A stretch of 62,675 nt of DNA, the filler included, from Choristocarpus tenellus KU-1152 (taxonomy: Eukaryota; Protista; Phaeophyceae), in assembly GCA_964200185.2 (NCBI GenBank). It is 13 parts of 13 records of this genome, joined end to end, with 100 filler letters (N's around TTAATTAATTAA, not from the genome) between each part and the next. Parts side by side here need not be neighbours in the genome. Positions count along the whole stretch, not along the records: positions 11,117 to 15,720 come from CAXNAD020013825.1; positions 15,821 to 18,925 come from CAXNAD020022290.1; positions 19,026 to 23,397 come from CAXNAD020014862.1; positions 23,498 to 27,553 come from CAXNAD020016450.1; 9 more parts are not named here. One strand, given 5' to 3'. The position numbers were made by a program, and so were the translations under genes. Shown piece by piece: positions 14,301-26,357 of this stretch (position 1 is its first letter; each line of letters opens with the position of its first letter). The notes below the pieces were generated by a model. The model worked only from the letters and a program-made list of their open reading frames with translations, did not search any database and had not been told where the DNA came from.

Positions 14301-14380
14301 AGAAGGAGGGGAGGTGCGACTTCACACGTGCTCACCAGCTCAAGTATATGTTTTTTGGTTTCAGGTCGAACTTGAAATAA
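11345..14380 (+). pseudogene. Degenerate multi-exon gene or transposon gene; last exon ~13102-14380 is one frame interrupted by stops
   Basis: ORFs 13109-13321 and 13421-14140 and the sequence to 14380 share one frame, with stops at 13319, 14138/14141 and 14300; an upstream exon has a CxxC motif (RCPGCKRPFHPW) followed by a frameshift. Confidence 0.5.
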
Positions 14381-14674
14381 GGGTGTATTTGTCGCAGGTT
14401 CCGCATTTTTGTTTTTTCCACACTGTGTCCGATGATCAGGTTTGCACGATCTGGACCTTTTTTTTTTAATTCTGGAGTTAGACCTGTCAGAGTAACCCTA
14501 ATTCAAGAAAAAATCATAGAAACGTTCTCCCTGCTGTGAGTTATGTGACTTGGTCACGTCGAATGTGTACTTCTCTTACTAAAGAACCAGCTTTGGTTCA
14601 GTATTTCGGTTCTCATTTGTATTTAGGTATTTGCCACTCCTTACATAACAGCACACAGCTACTGACAAATAAAA

Positions 14675-15520
14675 CGCTAATAATATCCCCATGGAATAAC
14701 ATCTTCTTAAACCGTTCTTCTTCTGATGTGAAGCAAGGTCGATAGCCATAAACACTAATCATATCAAACACAGCATATCGTCCATATCACACGTTGTTGG
14801 TGAGCACCAGAATTCTTGCCATGTTTTCCCTTCATTGTTATGGGGTGCTTTGGTGATCACAGGGTAACACCGTTTGGGAATCTATACTTTACAGACACTA
14901 TATTCGGCTACCTTCTGTCAAACACAAACGCGTTCGAAACTTAGGCTAACCTTTCGATCAAAGGAGGATACACTTCCATCTTGGTTTAATGATCGAAGAC
15001 TGTTCCGCTTGTTTCATGCTAATATTTCTCATAAACATTCACACTTTCATCAAGCTTATATTGCTATTGCATCGTAGCTCTGGAACACCTATCCTCTGCG
15101 TCAAACTATCACATCCTTACATGCCTACAAGTTTTAAGTACATCCAAAATTAGGCGTGTGTCTGTCAACAGGTTGTTTCCCTAATGGTTTCACAATTTTT
15201 GCAAAATGGTTTTCACTGTAGTATCATCGGTCAAACATTCGGTCACATTATGCCAAAACCAAAGTAATTAATGATTTAATGATACTAAACGATGCCTCTC
15301 TATTTTCCATACTTCCCAAGCCCACAGACATGTGCATACACCAGGCACATGTAATGCATTGTTGATGCTACCCTTGAAACCAAATCGACCGAAATCCATG
15401 AATGATCCTCCCCTCACCCACATGGACAGTCGTCAACCCAACCCACTAACCACAACACTAACCTCATGTGCACATGCTCCAAAAATACAACCTAGTACCT
15501 GAAAAATTTGAACCTTCCCT
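14675..15520 (-). repeat. Dispersed repeat family C, copy 2
   Basis: Inverted copy of ~395-1245. Confidence 0.85.
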
Positions 15521-18215
15521 AAATTATTATCTCGGGATCTCACAACTGTTCACAGGATCTTAAATATAATAGTACACTTAGAAGTAGTACTTATTATTGA
15601 AATGAATAATTTTCCAACATACTTACATCGTTTCACTCTTAACAATGGGGGGGAGCTATACATCCATTCGTGGATATACACGAGGATCTACATTTGATGG
15701 GGGGGGAACTGTTCTTGGGGNNNNNNNNNNNNNNNNNNNNNNNNNNNNNNNNNNNNNNNNNNNNTTAATTAATTAANNNNNNNNNNNNNNNNNNNNNNNN
15801 NNNNNNNNNNNNNNNNNNNNACCAAGCAATCTCGCCAGGTTTATCACCTTTATCCTCTTTGATGATTTTGGGGATACTTTAACAGGGTGTTCTCATGCCG
15901 GGTTCGTTTTGGTGTCTCTCTTGTATTGTGTGCTGCCAGGGTATGAACTTCTGCGTGTTGCGCTGGAGGGACTGCACCCCCCTAGTTTACCCTGTCCTGC
16001 CCAAAGATCGTGGTCATGTCCTCGGCAGGGAGTCCTGCAGATAGAATCGTGTGAGTTGATGCTCCCAAATCCAACATGATAGGGCTGGAGCAAATGGTCG
16101 CAACAAATTGCCCATCCGAACCCCCTGCCTTGCTGTCTTGGTAGGAGAATACAGAGGTTGGCTGCAAATGTAGATCCTACCAAAAAGAAGCGTATCTCTG
16201 CCCGCTATGTGGTGGAATTTGCTAATCGTGGAGGGGTGTGACCCGTCGTACCATCTATACAGCCTAAATGAGGAGGGGGGGGAAGAGAAGTTGAGAAGGT
16301 ACGCCACTTGACACCTGTGCTATGGTAATCAGTGGCAATACCACGAAAAAACGACGGACCAAGACCGAGGTGGCAAGCCTCCTTGCCTAGCAAAGGTTGT
16401 TCCAGCATAAGGTTCACGGGAAGAAACGACGTGCTGTCGTAGTGTTTTTTTCCCATTTACTGCCCCCATTTGTGGCTTTGCATCTCGCACATTGGGTGCA
16501 GCGATCCCACGGCTCATCATTGTTGCTCTGCCTCCTCCCTCAAACTTTGTGCTGGACTCACCTCAACGTGGCTACCTCAACCTTTGTCCAAGCCTTTGCT
16601 TCTCATGGATTGGGTTCAGTCACCCCATCATTTGTCGCTTCACTTCCTCCCTCGAATCTTGTGCTTAACCTCCCTCGGCATCATTCAGCAATGATGCATT
16701 ACCACCTCAGTCTTGGTCAAGCGCTTCTTCGACGGAAGTGCCATATAGGATAGTACAGGTATATAATCACTAATACTTGCCGTGTGGCCTTTGGATGATC
16801 AGTAACAGGCGACGCAAAAAAATCATGACACAGTGGAGATATGAACACACAAATCGGTCTAAGGGGTATCAATTCTAACCAAACAACCATCATGACAAAC
16901 TAACATCGACGCTTGATACATCATCAATAAATATGTAGTGTAGCGTGAAACAGATGGAAACAAGCTGACAGACAGGTTCTTCGTAATGAATGGTAGCGGG
17001 AAGACCCACAGGAGGCAAGGAAAAGGAGAGAGACAAGTCAGGAGGGAGAGCAATCCCTCAGAAGATCACTCAGGAAAGGAGTAAACAAGTGGTGAGTGAA
17101 TGAGGGGGGGTTGTAAGGTCCCCTCAAACCACCCGCTATTTACTTCAAGCCGATGTTAGCTTCAACATGCAAAAATAAATATCATACGAATATCAGATTC
17201 TTCGAAATAGGTTACCTTCAAGGTATACCAGTACATAATAGATTATTGTGAGGAGAAATAGAAAGAATTGTATCCAAGAAGCAGAGATACATAGCAAATA
17301 TTGTTATAGTGAAGCATGCATAGTGCGGTAGAGTTTGCATATAGTGGCAAGAGAAATTCGACTCACCACGTGTATGTTTTCCACTGCTAGAAGTGTTACC
17401 TTTTGAAGCATCTGAGACAGGATATTGACCATTTTTTTGTAGGAAAGCTGTGGAATGTATTGCCGAGAGTTGCGAAAGGGGATTGTTAGTCATGATTCTA
17501 AGTAGAAGTATTCCAGTATGCAATATACTACGTACTACTTTTCTTCGCATACACGATACACCTCATTTCTTGAAATGTTCTAGAAGGAGAGAAAGAACAT
17601 GTATTAAACCACGTTAGGTACAACGAACAAAACAAAAATGGACAAGAGTAGTCTACTTTGTTTGTTAGTCACAACACCACAACAATAAACAAAACAAGAA
17701 CTATGACCTCTCTATACAACATAGTACTCTTAACGGGGAAGGTTTATGAAGTAGTCTGAGTTTTGTTGGCGGGAGAATTCTGGAACAAGGAATGATGTAT
17801 GGGAACAGGGTGCTGATAAGGGCAAAAGTAAATAGAGTGAGAAGATGGACGAAGAGTTAAGTATTGGTTGGCTAGGAGACAGAAGAGGCAAGAGAGAGGT
17901 TAAAGGAATGGGTGATAGTTGGAAACATGAGTTAGGAAAGATGGATCAGAGCATAAGGAAACTTGAGGTTGTGGGATAGAACAAGCAGGGCTAGAACAAG
18001 GCAACCTCCAAGCAATCTTTCCCACTCACCCTTTCGATTGATCACAAACGACTGGGATGCTGGGGAACAGGGAGGGGGAGGTCAAGTTCGGGCGGGGTAG
18101 ATGTCTTCTAGTTCAAATGCATGATACTGAAGTGGATAATGGAGGGGTGTTCTTGGATGATTGCGGAGTGGTTTTGATCGGTGTTGAATAGTGGAGTGGA
18201 GTGGAAAGTGGTAAT

Positions 18216-18364
18216 GACTGGAAATCAGTGGCGAAGGGGTCGCACTGGTTGGTCATCAGATGTGGTTGGCGACTGGAAATCAGTGGTGAAGGAGTCCCAC
18301 TGGTTGGTCATGGCATAGGCTGGTGACTGGAAGTCAGTGACGGAGGGGCCGCACTGGTTGGACA
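18216..18364 (+). repeat. Tandem repeat, 3 x ~54-55 bp, each with an internal hairpin
   Basis: Units start at 18216, 18271 and 18325; core gactggaaatcagtggcgaaggggtcgcactggttggtca. Confidence 0.9.
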
Positions 18365-18673
18365 CAAAGAGGTGTTACAATGGGGGGATAGAATAGGTGG
18401 AATGCAAACAAAGAATAATTCATAATAATCCAGAAATTGTGAGCAAAGCAAAAGGATACAGTACTTGATATTCGATTGCTCGCTCACTATCATAAATTCT
18501 TTCACTTTATGTTTTTTTTATAAATGGACACGGATGATATCATAGAACCATTTTTCTCCAAATAAATTAACTTCCACTTTAGAAATAATCGTACCCACTA
18601 AAATTTTGAAGATGTATCAGGGAAAAAGCCAAACCTTTATCAGATGGACCCATGTAAAAATAACAGTTGTCAT

Positions 18674-18849
18674 CTAATGTAAAAGATACCTCCAAGAACT
18701 ATATACTGTTCGGGTACTACCTATGCAACAATGCTCCCTTACAAGTTGTTGATTACAACGTAATGTGTACACTGCTGCTATGCCTTTAACCTTGCTTAGC
18801 CATACAAAGGTGGGCGAGGAGTTAAGGAAGCATCCCGTGAATCTGATAG
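18674..18849 (-). pseudogene. Possible GIY-YIG endonuclease relic (Penelope-like element?)
   Basis: AVYTLRCNQQLVREHCCIGSTRTVYSSW resembles the VY.I.C..C...YIG.T GIY-YIG signature; degenerate. Confidence 0.3.
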
Positions 18850-18925
18850 GACTCAAAGTATCTGGGAGGGGGGGGTCTACACCAGGGTGTCCATTTGGAC
18901 CAAAATCAGGAAAAGTGCATTTACA
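18850..18925 (-). mobile_element. MITE family A, partial at contig end
   Basis: gactcaaagtatctgggagggg...tctacaccagggtgtccatttggacc is the A right end in reverse. Confidence 0.85.
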
Positions 18926-19025
18926 NNNNNNNNNNNNNNNNNNNNNNNNNNNNNNNNNNNNNNNNNNNNTTAATTAATTAANNNNNNNNNNNNNNNNNNN
19001 NNNNNNNNNNNNNNNNNNNNNNNNN

Positions 19026-19103
19026 TGTCAGCAAAAAAAATAGTTGTTTGACCGAAACGGACGCCCCCTCACAAACCACCCCCCCTCCCAGATACTTTGA
19101 CCC
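19026..19103. mobile_element. Terminus of related MITE variant E (GGGTCAAAGTATCT end); same end at 23498-23523 and 43383-43404
   Basis: cccagatactttgaccc end with an internal sequence different from family A. Confidence 0.6.
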
Positions 19104-20384
19104 TACTTTCGAATGGACGATCAGTGGATGCGAGGGACGATCACCAAATACCAGCCCCGGCAAACGGAGCCAGTGGGAGAGGAGCGAGTCAGCTACATGT
19201 ATGATGAGGTGAAATGGGAGAATGGCGATGTGCGAAATATCCAGCTCCTTGAACAACGATACAGTACGGAGCCTAAGGCTAAGCCAAGGTCCAGGTTCTG
19301 GGCGAGTCCCACATTATTACAGTGATATAGAAGGGAGGACACAGCGCGTCGGACACGATACAATTCTTCTTCTGTAATTCGTAGTCGTGTGTCACCCCCC
19401 CTTTCATCCACCCAGTACATCATGCTTCCCATGGACATCCTGTCCTATCATATTTGAGATCGGACTTTGTTGAGGTGGTTCATTGTTACTTATTATATTC
19501 TGTGTTTTATCTATGTCGTTCCTTTTCTATATACGTGTGCTGCCTAACCTTAGGTTATTATCCTGATTTACAGTAGATGTTTAGAATCTGTATGTTGGTC
19601 AATTAATTCCTTACGACTCCTAGTATTCGCCATGGTGTATTTTGAGACATATGAATAGAATTCTGGCATCGGAATTTAAAATTTGCTTCTCTGTGTCTGT
19701 TAAAAAGGCAGATGTTCTCACATCACAAATAAATAAACATCACAACAGAATGAATTTGTCGCATCCTCTTCTAGTGTGGTCTTTTATATACAGCGCTCCT
19801 TGTACCCTATATATGGACACAATCAACAACAAGCGCGCATTCGTCTCTCCGTGATATCGCACTTTACGACATTAATATGAAATTCTGCACTCCATAAAGG
19901 ACATAATTATATACCCTAAAAAATATACAAACCCGAGTATAACTGTAAATAACTCATCCACTCGCATCCCCTAAGTACGTAGAACGCACAAATAGCCTCA
20001 CTTCACGCCCTCAGATATTGACGAGGCCTCAAGGTCAATTGACAAACAGATATTTGCTTGCGCTGCATATTATGACACCATACTCTCCCGTACTTCATAA
20101 AAAATCCAACTCGATCAAGGCGATAAACCTACAAGAGATAACCTCTATAATCCACACTTCAACACAAAGCAACACCCAAACAGTCGACTCCAGAAATATA
20201 CCTACCAAAAGGCTACTTTCGCATCATCACCGCACAGTCCCATCTAAATCTAAGTGCCAAGTACATACCCTAAGTGCAGAATATGCCATATTTCATTCAA
20301 ACAAGACCAACCCTCCACGACTAAAGACACTCGAATATGCCATTTTCCGAACACTTTCATACAATTTTTCCAAGACTTGGTAAG

Positions 20385-20444
20385 GGCCCATATGGACGCC
20401 CCAGTGTAGACCCTCCTCCCCCCCCCCCCAAGATACTTTGCTCG
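20385..20444 (+). mobile_element. MITE family A-like right end
   Basis: tatggacgccccagtgtagaccctcc(C)n-aagatactttg. Confidence 0.7.
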
Positions 20445-20689
20445 AGCCCACACAACAAGTACGTGATACAATACCACTCCTTCGTACTCTGTGGTGAGTG
20501 TGCAGTATGATGTTGATCCTGTACCCGTTCGCGTGCATAGACAGTACGACATACCAGCTGGTCATGAAATCATATTACGTTGCACAACTGATGCTAGCCC
20601 GTCTTTTTATACTGCCGTTGTAGTGGAGTCCGTTATACGTTCTATGCCTGATGTAGGTCAAACCAATGATAAACCTACACACACATAGA

Positions 20690-21430
20690 ATCGTATTGTG
20701 ACTGGCTCGCACTCTCAGTACTTGGTCAGCAAGTGCAAAGTCTCATGAAAATCCGTTTTTCCTTCTGTTTGGAAGACAAACTCGTTTACCTGTTGGCATT
20801 ATTATTGGTTCGTCCAATGCTGATTCAGATGTCACTTCTGAAGAGTTTACCCAGCAAACCAAAGATAATTTACAGCTTGCATTTGAGTTGGCACGTCGTA
20901 ATCTCCATGAACACGTTAAAATCAGGAGCGCGTCAACCAAAGTCTCATGTCCCCTGTTTTCGTACCTGTTGATCAAGTTCTAGTCCATAGGCCATATGAG
21001 AGTACTGACGATCCGAATCCCATGTTATTTTACCCTTGGAGGAGTCCATATGAAGTACATTCTAAGATATCACCCATCGTGTACAGGGTAGTATTACCTG
21101 GAAACCCACGCCCATTTTCCGTTCATCTGGGTAGAATGAAGCGTTACTATCCTCAAGGCCAACCTCCCACACCTGATTTTAATTAACTGGATTATTTGCT
21201 TCTGGGAAAACCATTGCCATTACCAGATGTAGAACCATAAAATCTCTCCACCTGTTATTGGATAATACACTATTGATAGCATTGTTGGACATAGACCTGG
21301 TCCTGGTCGTCGTTCGTCCACTATTGTTGTCTATCGCATTCGTCTTTGTGGATATGGACCGTCTTGTGATCTTCACAAAGAATACAACAGATCCCAAGAT
21401 GCCATGAAATGATTGCAGCCTATCGTACAG
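20690..21430 (+). mobile_element. Ty3/Gypsy LTR-retrotransposon relic: integrase C-terminus plus chromodomain
   Basis: ENPFFLLFGRQTRLP; YPWRSPYEV..ISPIVYRV..VHLGRMKRY (GPY/F motif); YTIDSIVGHR..YRIRLCGYGPSCD (chromodomain-like); frameshifted. Confidence 0.85.
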
Positions 21431-22025
21431 TAGATGTATTGGATAACCAGTAATATTATCGTCCTACACAGTGTTGACTTGAGATTTCGTATTTACGGTT
21501 ATCATATTCCTTTGCATGGTCTGCAAATCATGCATTGCCCTAATGTTTTAACCTATCGTTTCAGTTAAGAGGTTATTGTATATATGTGCGTTACAGTTTA
21601 TGTCAAAATATAGATATATATATTAATTTTATTGGTGTTTGTTTGATTTTTGTGACTTGTGTGTCTTGGCTGGGTCTCGCGGTACCCACATGCCGTAATC
21701 CCATATATAGGTTGATCAACTAGCTTAGACAAATCGTTTGTGTGTCATTTTGTCGTAGATGCGTATAGTCTATCGTTTTATGAAGAGATGAGATAACTGG
21801 TAACAGACATCAGTTAACCTGTTCACGACCAGCTCTAACTTGACATCTTGTATTTACCAGGTTTATCAATCCTTGCAAATAGACTATACATGTATATTGG
21901 TGGATTTGGACGAATTAATAATACAATTAATTTTATCTCTTAACTCTCCTCGTTTGCATGAGTGGACACATGCGGCGGTGAAGAGACCATATTGCCAGGC
22001 CAGGCACATTAGCACTTGTGAGTTA

Positions 22026-22235
22026 GAGGTGACTGTTCATTACATCATGTCAAGTTTTCATGAACTGGATTTATTGATCGTCATGAAATGACTAACCCCA
22101 TTTAAAAAGAATTGAAGATTCAAGTCTACCACAAGGTAAGAGATGGAGACTTCAGGTGAGTCATACATATTATTTATTTTATTTTTCGAGTGGCATGATC
22201 CCCCCGACATGATGTAATGACCATACAGTCACCTC
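22026..22235. mobile_element. Single-copy 210-bp TIR element (family F) with GAG...CTC termini
   Basis: gaggtgactgt(----)tcattacatcatgtc at 22026 is inverted at 22206-22235 (gacatgatgtaatgaccatacagtcacctc); no clear TSD. Confidence 0.65.
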
Positions 22236-23312
22236 ATATCGTTTTAGGAGAGTTGAGCCACTTACATCGTACGTCCGAGTTGCCCACTTGGGATAGTGTA
22301 GTAGTCGTGAGCAATATTCCAATCGATGTCAGGATCGAGGAGGGAGAATGGGTGCACACATTTGATCTCGTCATTTGCTGTGTTGATATTGGTCATGTAA
22401 CATGCAATGTTGTTTTGACGCATCGGAGTGGTGACCAAATCACCGTATGACACCCGTAGAGCAATGTCGAATCACAAACGCTAGTCAAACCGTTTATTGA
22501 CATCATATCGCGTCTACACTGCATTATGTCATTGTTTTGTGCCTCGCTTCCTCCTGCAATACATACTTTAATGTACTGGTTCTACCTTCCTATCTATGTC
22601 CCTGTTCGGCGTTTATCTCCCCCATTGAACCAGTGATGTTTGTATGCGCCCAAGTATTTTTGTTTCGCACCATCCATTCAGGGCCAAGAGAAACACATTG
22701 GATAAAAAGAAGGAATATTTCGCTCAAGAAAGTATCGCAAGGAAGGTGGTGACATCAACTGGATATTGATGTCTCTGTTTGAAGATAGTTCACCTGTGGC
22801 ACTGGTCCCTTGCAGAGATCCCGCATCCCATCGACTCTGCCTCACTGAAGATACTCACTCCACTTAAACCCATGATTCCGAACCTCATACGGTATGAAGG
22901 TGTACATTATGGAGCAACAACGGTACGAGGATACAAGAGAAATCAGACCAAATATGGCACCATTCAGCAGACAGTACAGGTGGTGATGTTGGTGACTTGG
23001 GAAAACTTATTGGCTGCTGCTCTGATGTGATGTACAAAAGCTATTACAGATTCCTTACCATGTTTTGCGGTCATGAAACTCATTGTGCAACACACTCATA
23101 TCACTCCTGTTGATTATTGGCCCTGGTGCTCCAACCCTCTACTCAAATCCCACACCCGTCAAGGTGGTCTTGGAGGCATATCCATGACCAGTTCTTCTCC
23201 TATCCACCTTACTTCTATTTTTCAGCTGCAAGCTCCCCAAACACCAATAATACCTTCCTAGGGAGTCGCTCATCCCCTCTGCGGGCAACTGGTCCAGCAA
23301 ACAGAGCCTCCG

Positions 23313-23397
23313 GAGCTATAGTACCTTAGAGGGTACAGCCGTGTCCATTTGGGGGCCGAAGTGCAATGTTGCAATTTTTGATGTAATTTTGGCTATT
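23313..23397 (-). mobile_element. MITE family B, partial at contig end
   Basis: gagctatagtaccttagagggtacagccgtgtccatttggg... Confidence 0.8.
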
Positions 23398-23809
23398 NNN
23401 NNNNNNNNNNNNNNNNNNNNNNNNNNNNNNNNNNNNNNNNNTTAATTAATTAANNNNNNNNNNNNNNNNNNNNNNNNNNNNNNNNNNNNNNNNNNNNCCT
23501 CCCCCCCCAAGATACTTTGACCCTCTCACACCAACACAAGGAACAACCAGGACATCCCCCACGCCTTTTCAAACACAAATGAAAAAAATAAAAAAAATAA
23601 AAAAAAAATCGAAGCAAAAGTCACACAACTGAAAAAAATGAAATAAAAAAGGACCACCTCTGTCTGTCTGTTTGTACAAGGTATAACTTCTAGCACGTGC
23701 ATTAACTCTTCTAAGTACCAAGTACCACAACAGGGGCCGATCAAGAATCATCAAGCCTCACTCATACAAAAAAAACAACTGTGTTGAGGTACTGTGTTGA
23801 GGTACTGAC

Positions 23810-23970
23810 CATGACGGCAGGCCGGTTGAGCCTCCCCATAGCAATCACGCAGCCAGGCATGTTTTTGTCACAACCTGGGATGGCGACATTGCCATCGTAC
23901 CACTGCCCCCCCATGACAGTCTCAATAGAGTCGGCGATCAGATCCCGAGATTGGAGAGAAAAGGACATTC
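23810..23970 (-). CDS. ilvD: Dihydroxy-acid dehydratase, internal exon
   Basis: [54 protein letters not shown] (PGCDKN Fe-S motif); tacag| acceptor, |gtcagt donor. Confidence 0.96.
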
Positions 23971-24653
23971 CTGTAAAAAATAAATAAATAATAACAAAAC
24001 AACAATAGGTTATGTAAGTAAGAGTAGGATGTGTTTTTTGAAGAAAAAAAATGTTTCCAGGAAGGATTTATATGTATTTTTTAAATCCCTGCACACTCAC
24101 ACCCAGTAAGTTGTCCACCAAACCCAACACATACCAACTTGAATTGTGCTTGAAACTTATATTCTACAGAAGGTGGTTATGGTGTGCATCGAGTAGGGTT
24201 AGGGTTAGATCTATTCACATCTGCCAAAAATAAAAATATACAATGGCATGTCGATAGAAAAAAAAAATATGGAACAGACCTAGAGAGACCCAAGACACAA
24301 GCAAAACACCACTCTGGTTGGGATGCTTTCAATTGATGTATCGGTTTAACCATAGAGCACAATATGCACAAGCATGTGTATGTATGTATGTATATATGTA
24401 TGTATGTATGTGTGTGTGTATGATGTGTGTATGTAAGATTATGCATGTATGAGTGTACTGAACAGACACCTTAACTACCCTGAACAGACAACTTACCACC
24501 CAATACGCATTCACAGTACCTTTAAAAAAAGTAGACCTAATCAACAGACCAAGGGAATTTCAACTTCTTCCCCCATACAAGTACAACAAAAACCAACCAA
24601 CCACTGCATCCCGTGGTATGCACCAGTGTAACTGAAAAAAAAAAACTCTTTAC

Positions 24654-24741
24654 CTCGGGTGCCCATGGAGATGCCGTCAGACACCCCAATGGTATTGAAG
24701 CGATATCCAACCATGCCTTCATCAGACACCCCTTTCTTCAC
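24654..24741 (-). CDS. ilvD: Dihydroxy-acid dehydratase, internal exon
   Basis: [29 protein letters not shown]; phase-compatible with both neighbouring exons. Confidence 0.96.
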
Positions 24742-24769
24742 CTGCCACATGTCATGCAACATGTCCACA

Positions 24770-24852
24770 TACAGATAGATAGATATATGCATATTGATAT
24801 CGATTGATAGATATAGATATAGATATAGATTGATAGATACAGATATAGATAG
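24770..24852. repeat. (GATA/GATATA)n microsatellite in ilvD intron; (TATG)n at ~24376-24430
   Basis: Direct inspection. Confidence 0.9.
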
Positions 24853-25061
24853 ACGTCAAACACCAAATTCTGCGCATCTGTTGCTAACATATTCTTCCAG
24901 AGTTCTGCTACAGAATTTGCACTTACCTGTTATTGGTGGTCTAATATTTCTGCCCGTATTGCTTATGATACTAAATGATACTAAATGATACTCAAAACAT
25001 TAAGGCTCTTTATATATAAGGTCTTCATAATAGAACAAAATGGGACTATTTTGGCTACACT

Positions 25062-25215
25062 TACTACATACAATAATAGACTAGGTACAATAATAGATTA
25101 GGTACAATAATAAATTAGGTACAGTAATAGATTAAGCACAATATTAGACTACATACAGTAATAGGTACACTAGTAGATTAGATACAACAATAGACTACAT
25201 ACAATAATAGATAGG
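25062..25215. repeat. ~17-bp minisatellite (tacaataatagattagg)
   Basis: About 8-9 diverged units. Confidence 0.85.
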
Positions 25216-25354
25216 TGAAAAGTAAGGTGAAGTGACTGTAGCTGTTGGTAAGAAGTTGTGATTGTAATCAATGTTAGTATACTAGTACAAGAATATGGTA
25301 CTATATACTTCCTGCCACCACCACCAGCCCTAACACTAACCCACAGTTTACAAC

Positions 25355-25722
25355 ATCCAAGTTAGGGTTAGGGCCAGGAACTACAGTGTCCAACTTAGAG
25401 ATTGGATTAGGGCTTACAGTGTCTAACTTAGAGATTGGATTAGGGCTTTCTACATCCAAGTCAGAGATAGGGTTAGGGCTTTCGGTGTCTATCTTAGATG
25501 TAGAGCTACAAGTTTAAAATGTACAAGGCAGCGTAAGGGGTTGGGCTTACAATGTCTAGACCAAAGCCTTGTGACTTTGGTTAGGGTTAGGTTTAGGGTT
25601 AAGTAGAAAGTAGGACAATAGGGTTAGGGTTAGGGTTAAGTAGAAAGTAGGTCATTAGAGTTAGGGTTAGGGTTGAGTAGAAAGTAGGTCATTAGAGTTA
25701 GGGTTAGGGTTGAGTAGAAAGT
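25355..25722 (+). repeat. TTAGGG-containing minisatellites in ilvD intron (two arrays, units ~30-35 bp)
   Basis: ttagggcttacagtgtctaacttagagattgga units, then tagggttagggttaagtagaaagtaggtcattagagt units. Confidence 0.85.
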
Positions 25723-25736
25723 ACAACAATAGTTAC

Positions 25737-25805
25737 CTCTGCAGCCAGGTCGAGCAGGTGCATGTTGCAAGGGTTACCCTCAAACCACACGCTGGAGATT
25801 CCAAC
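25737..25805 (-). CDS. ilvD: Dihydroxy-acid dehydratase, internal exon
   Basis: [23 protein letters not shown] (PCN motif); cacag| acceptor, |gtaact donor. Confidence 0.96.
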
Positions 25806-26231
25806 CTGTGAAACAAGAAAATGCACTCGACTCATCAACATTGTGATTTGTGTTGTTGCACTGTGATGCAATTTGACGTATTTTGATGTATTTTGATGCA
25901 TTTTGAGAGTCGGGGGATTAACGACGGCGGGGTTAGGGATAGGGCTACACACACACAATCAACCTCCACTGTTCCCGATAAATTTCTACACAATCAAGGA
26001 AAATTCCAGGACCGGGTGTGTTCCATGTAACCCGGTGGGTTGGGTACAATATATAGGCACGAGTACCAAGCAATGAGTGACCAATTTCTTCCTTTTTTTC
26101 AGATTTTTTTTTTTTTCAAAAAAAATAATGACATGACACGCACATGCCATCGACCTGTGCTATATATACTCCTGGAAGGCATTATAGCAATGCAGTGACA
26201 CTCATCCTGGAAACTTGATGCACACCACATT

Positions 26232-26357
26232 ATATAAATAAATAGTATTCAAATAAAAGAATAAATAAATAAATAGCATTCAAATAAATGAAAGAATAAA
26301 TAAATAAATAGCATTCAAATAAATGAATGAATAAATAAACAGTATTCAAATAAATAA
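26232..26357. repeat. AT-rich ~30-bp minisatellite (aaataaatagcattcaaataaatgaaag); (ATT)n/(AAT)n at 26862-26985
   Basis: Direct inspection. Confidence 0.85.

Noticed and set aside
17095-17220. Polypurine tract followed by TGTAAG as an LTR start
   Set aside because: No matching LTR end, second LTR or adjacent pol sequence found
18216-18364. CRISPR-like array or hammerhead ribozyme
   Set aside because: Linkers are only 14-15 bp and partly similar; CTGATGA occurs once on the minus strand without a stem II/GAAA core
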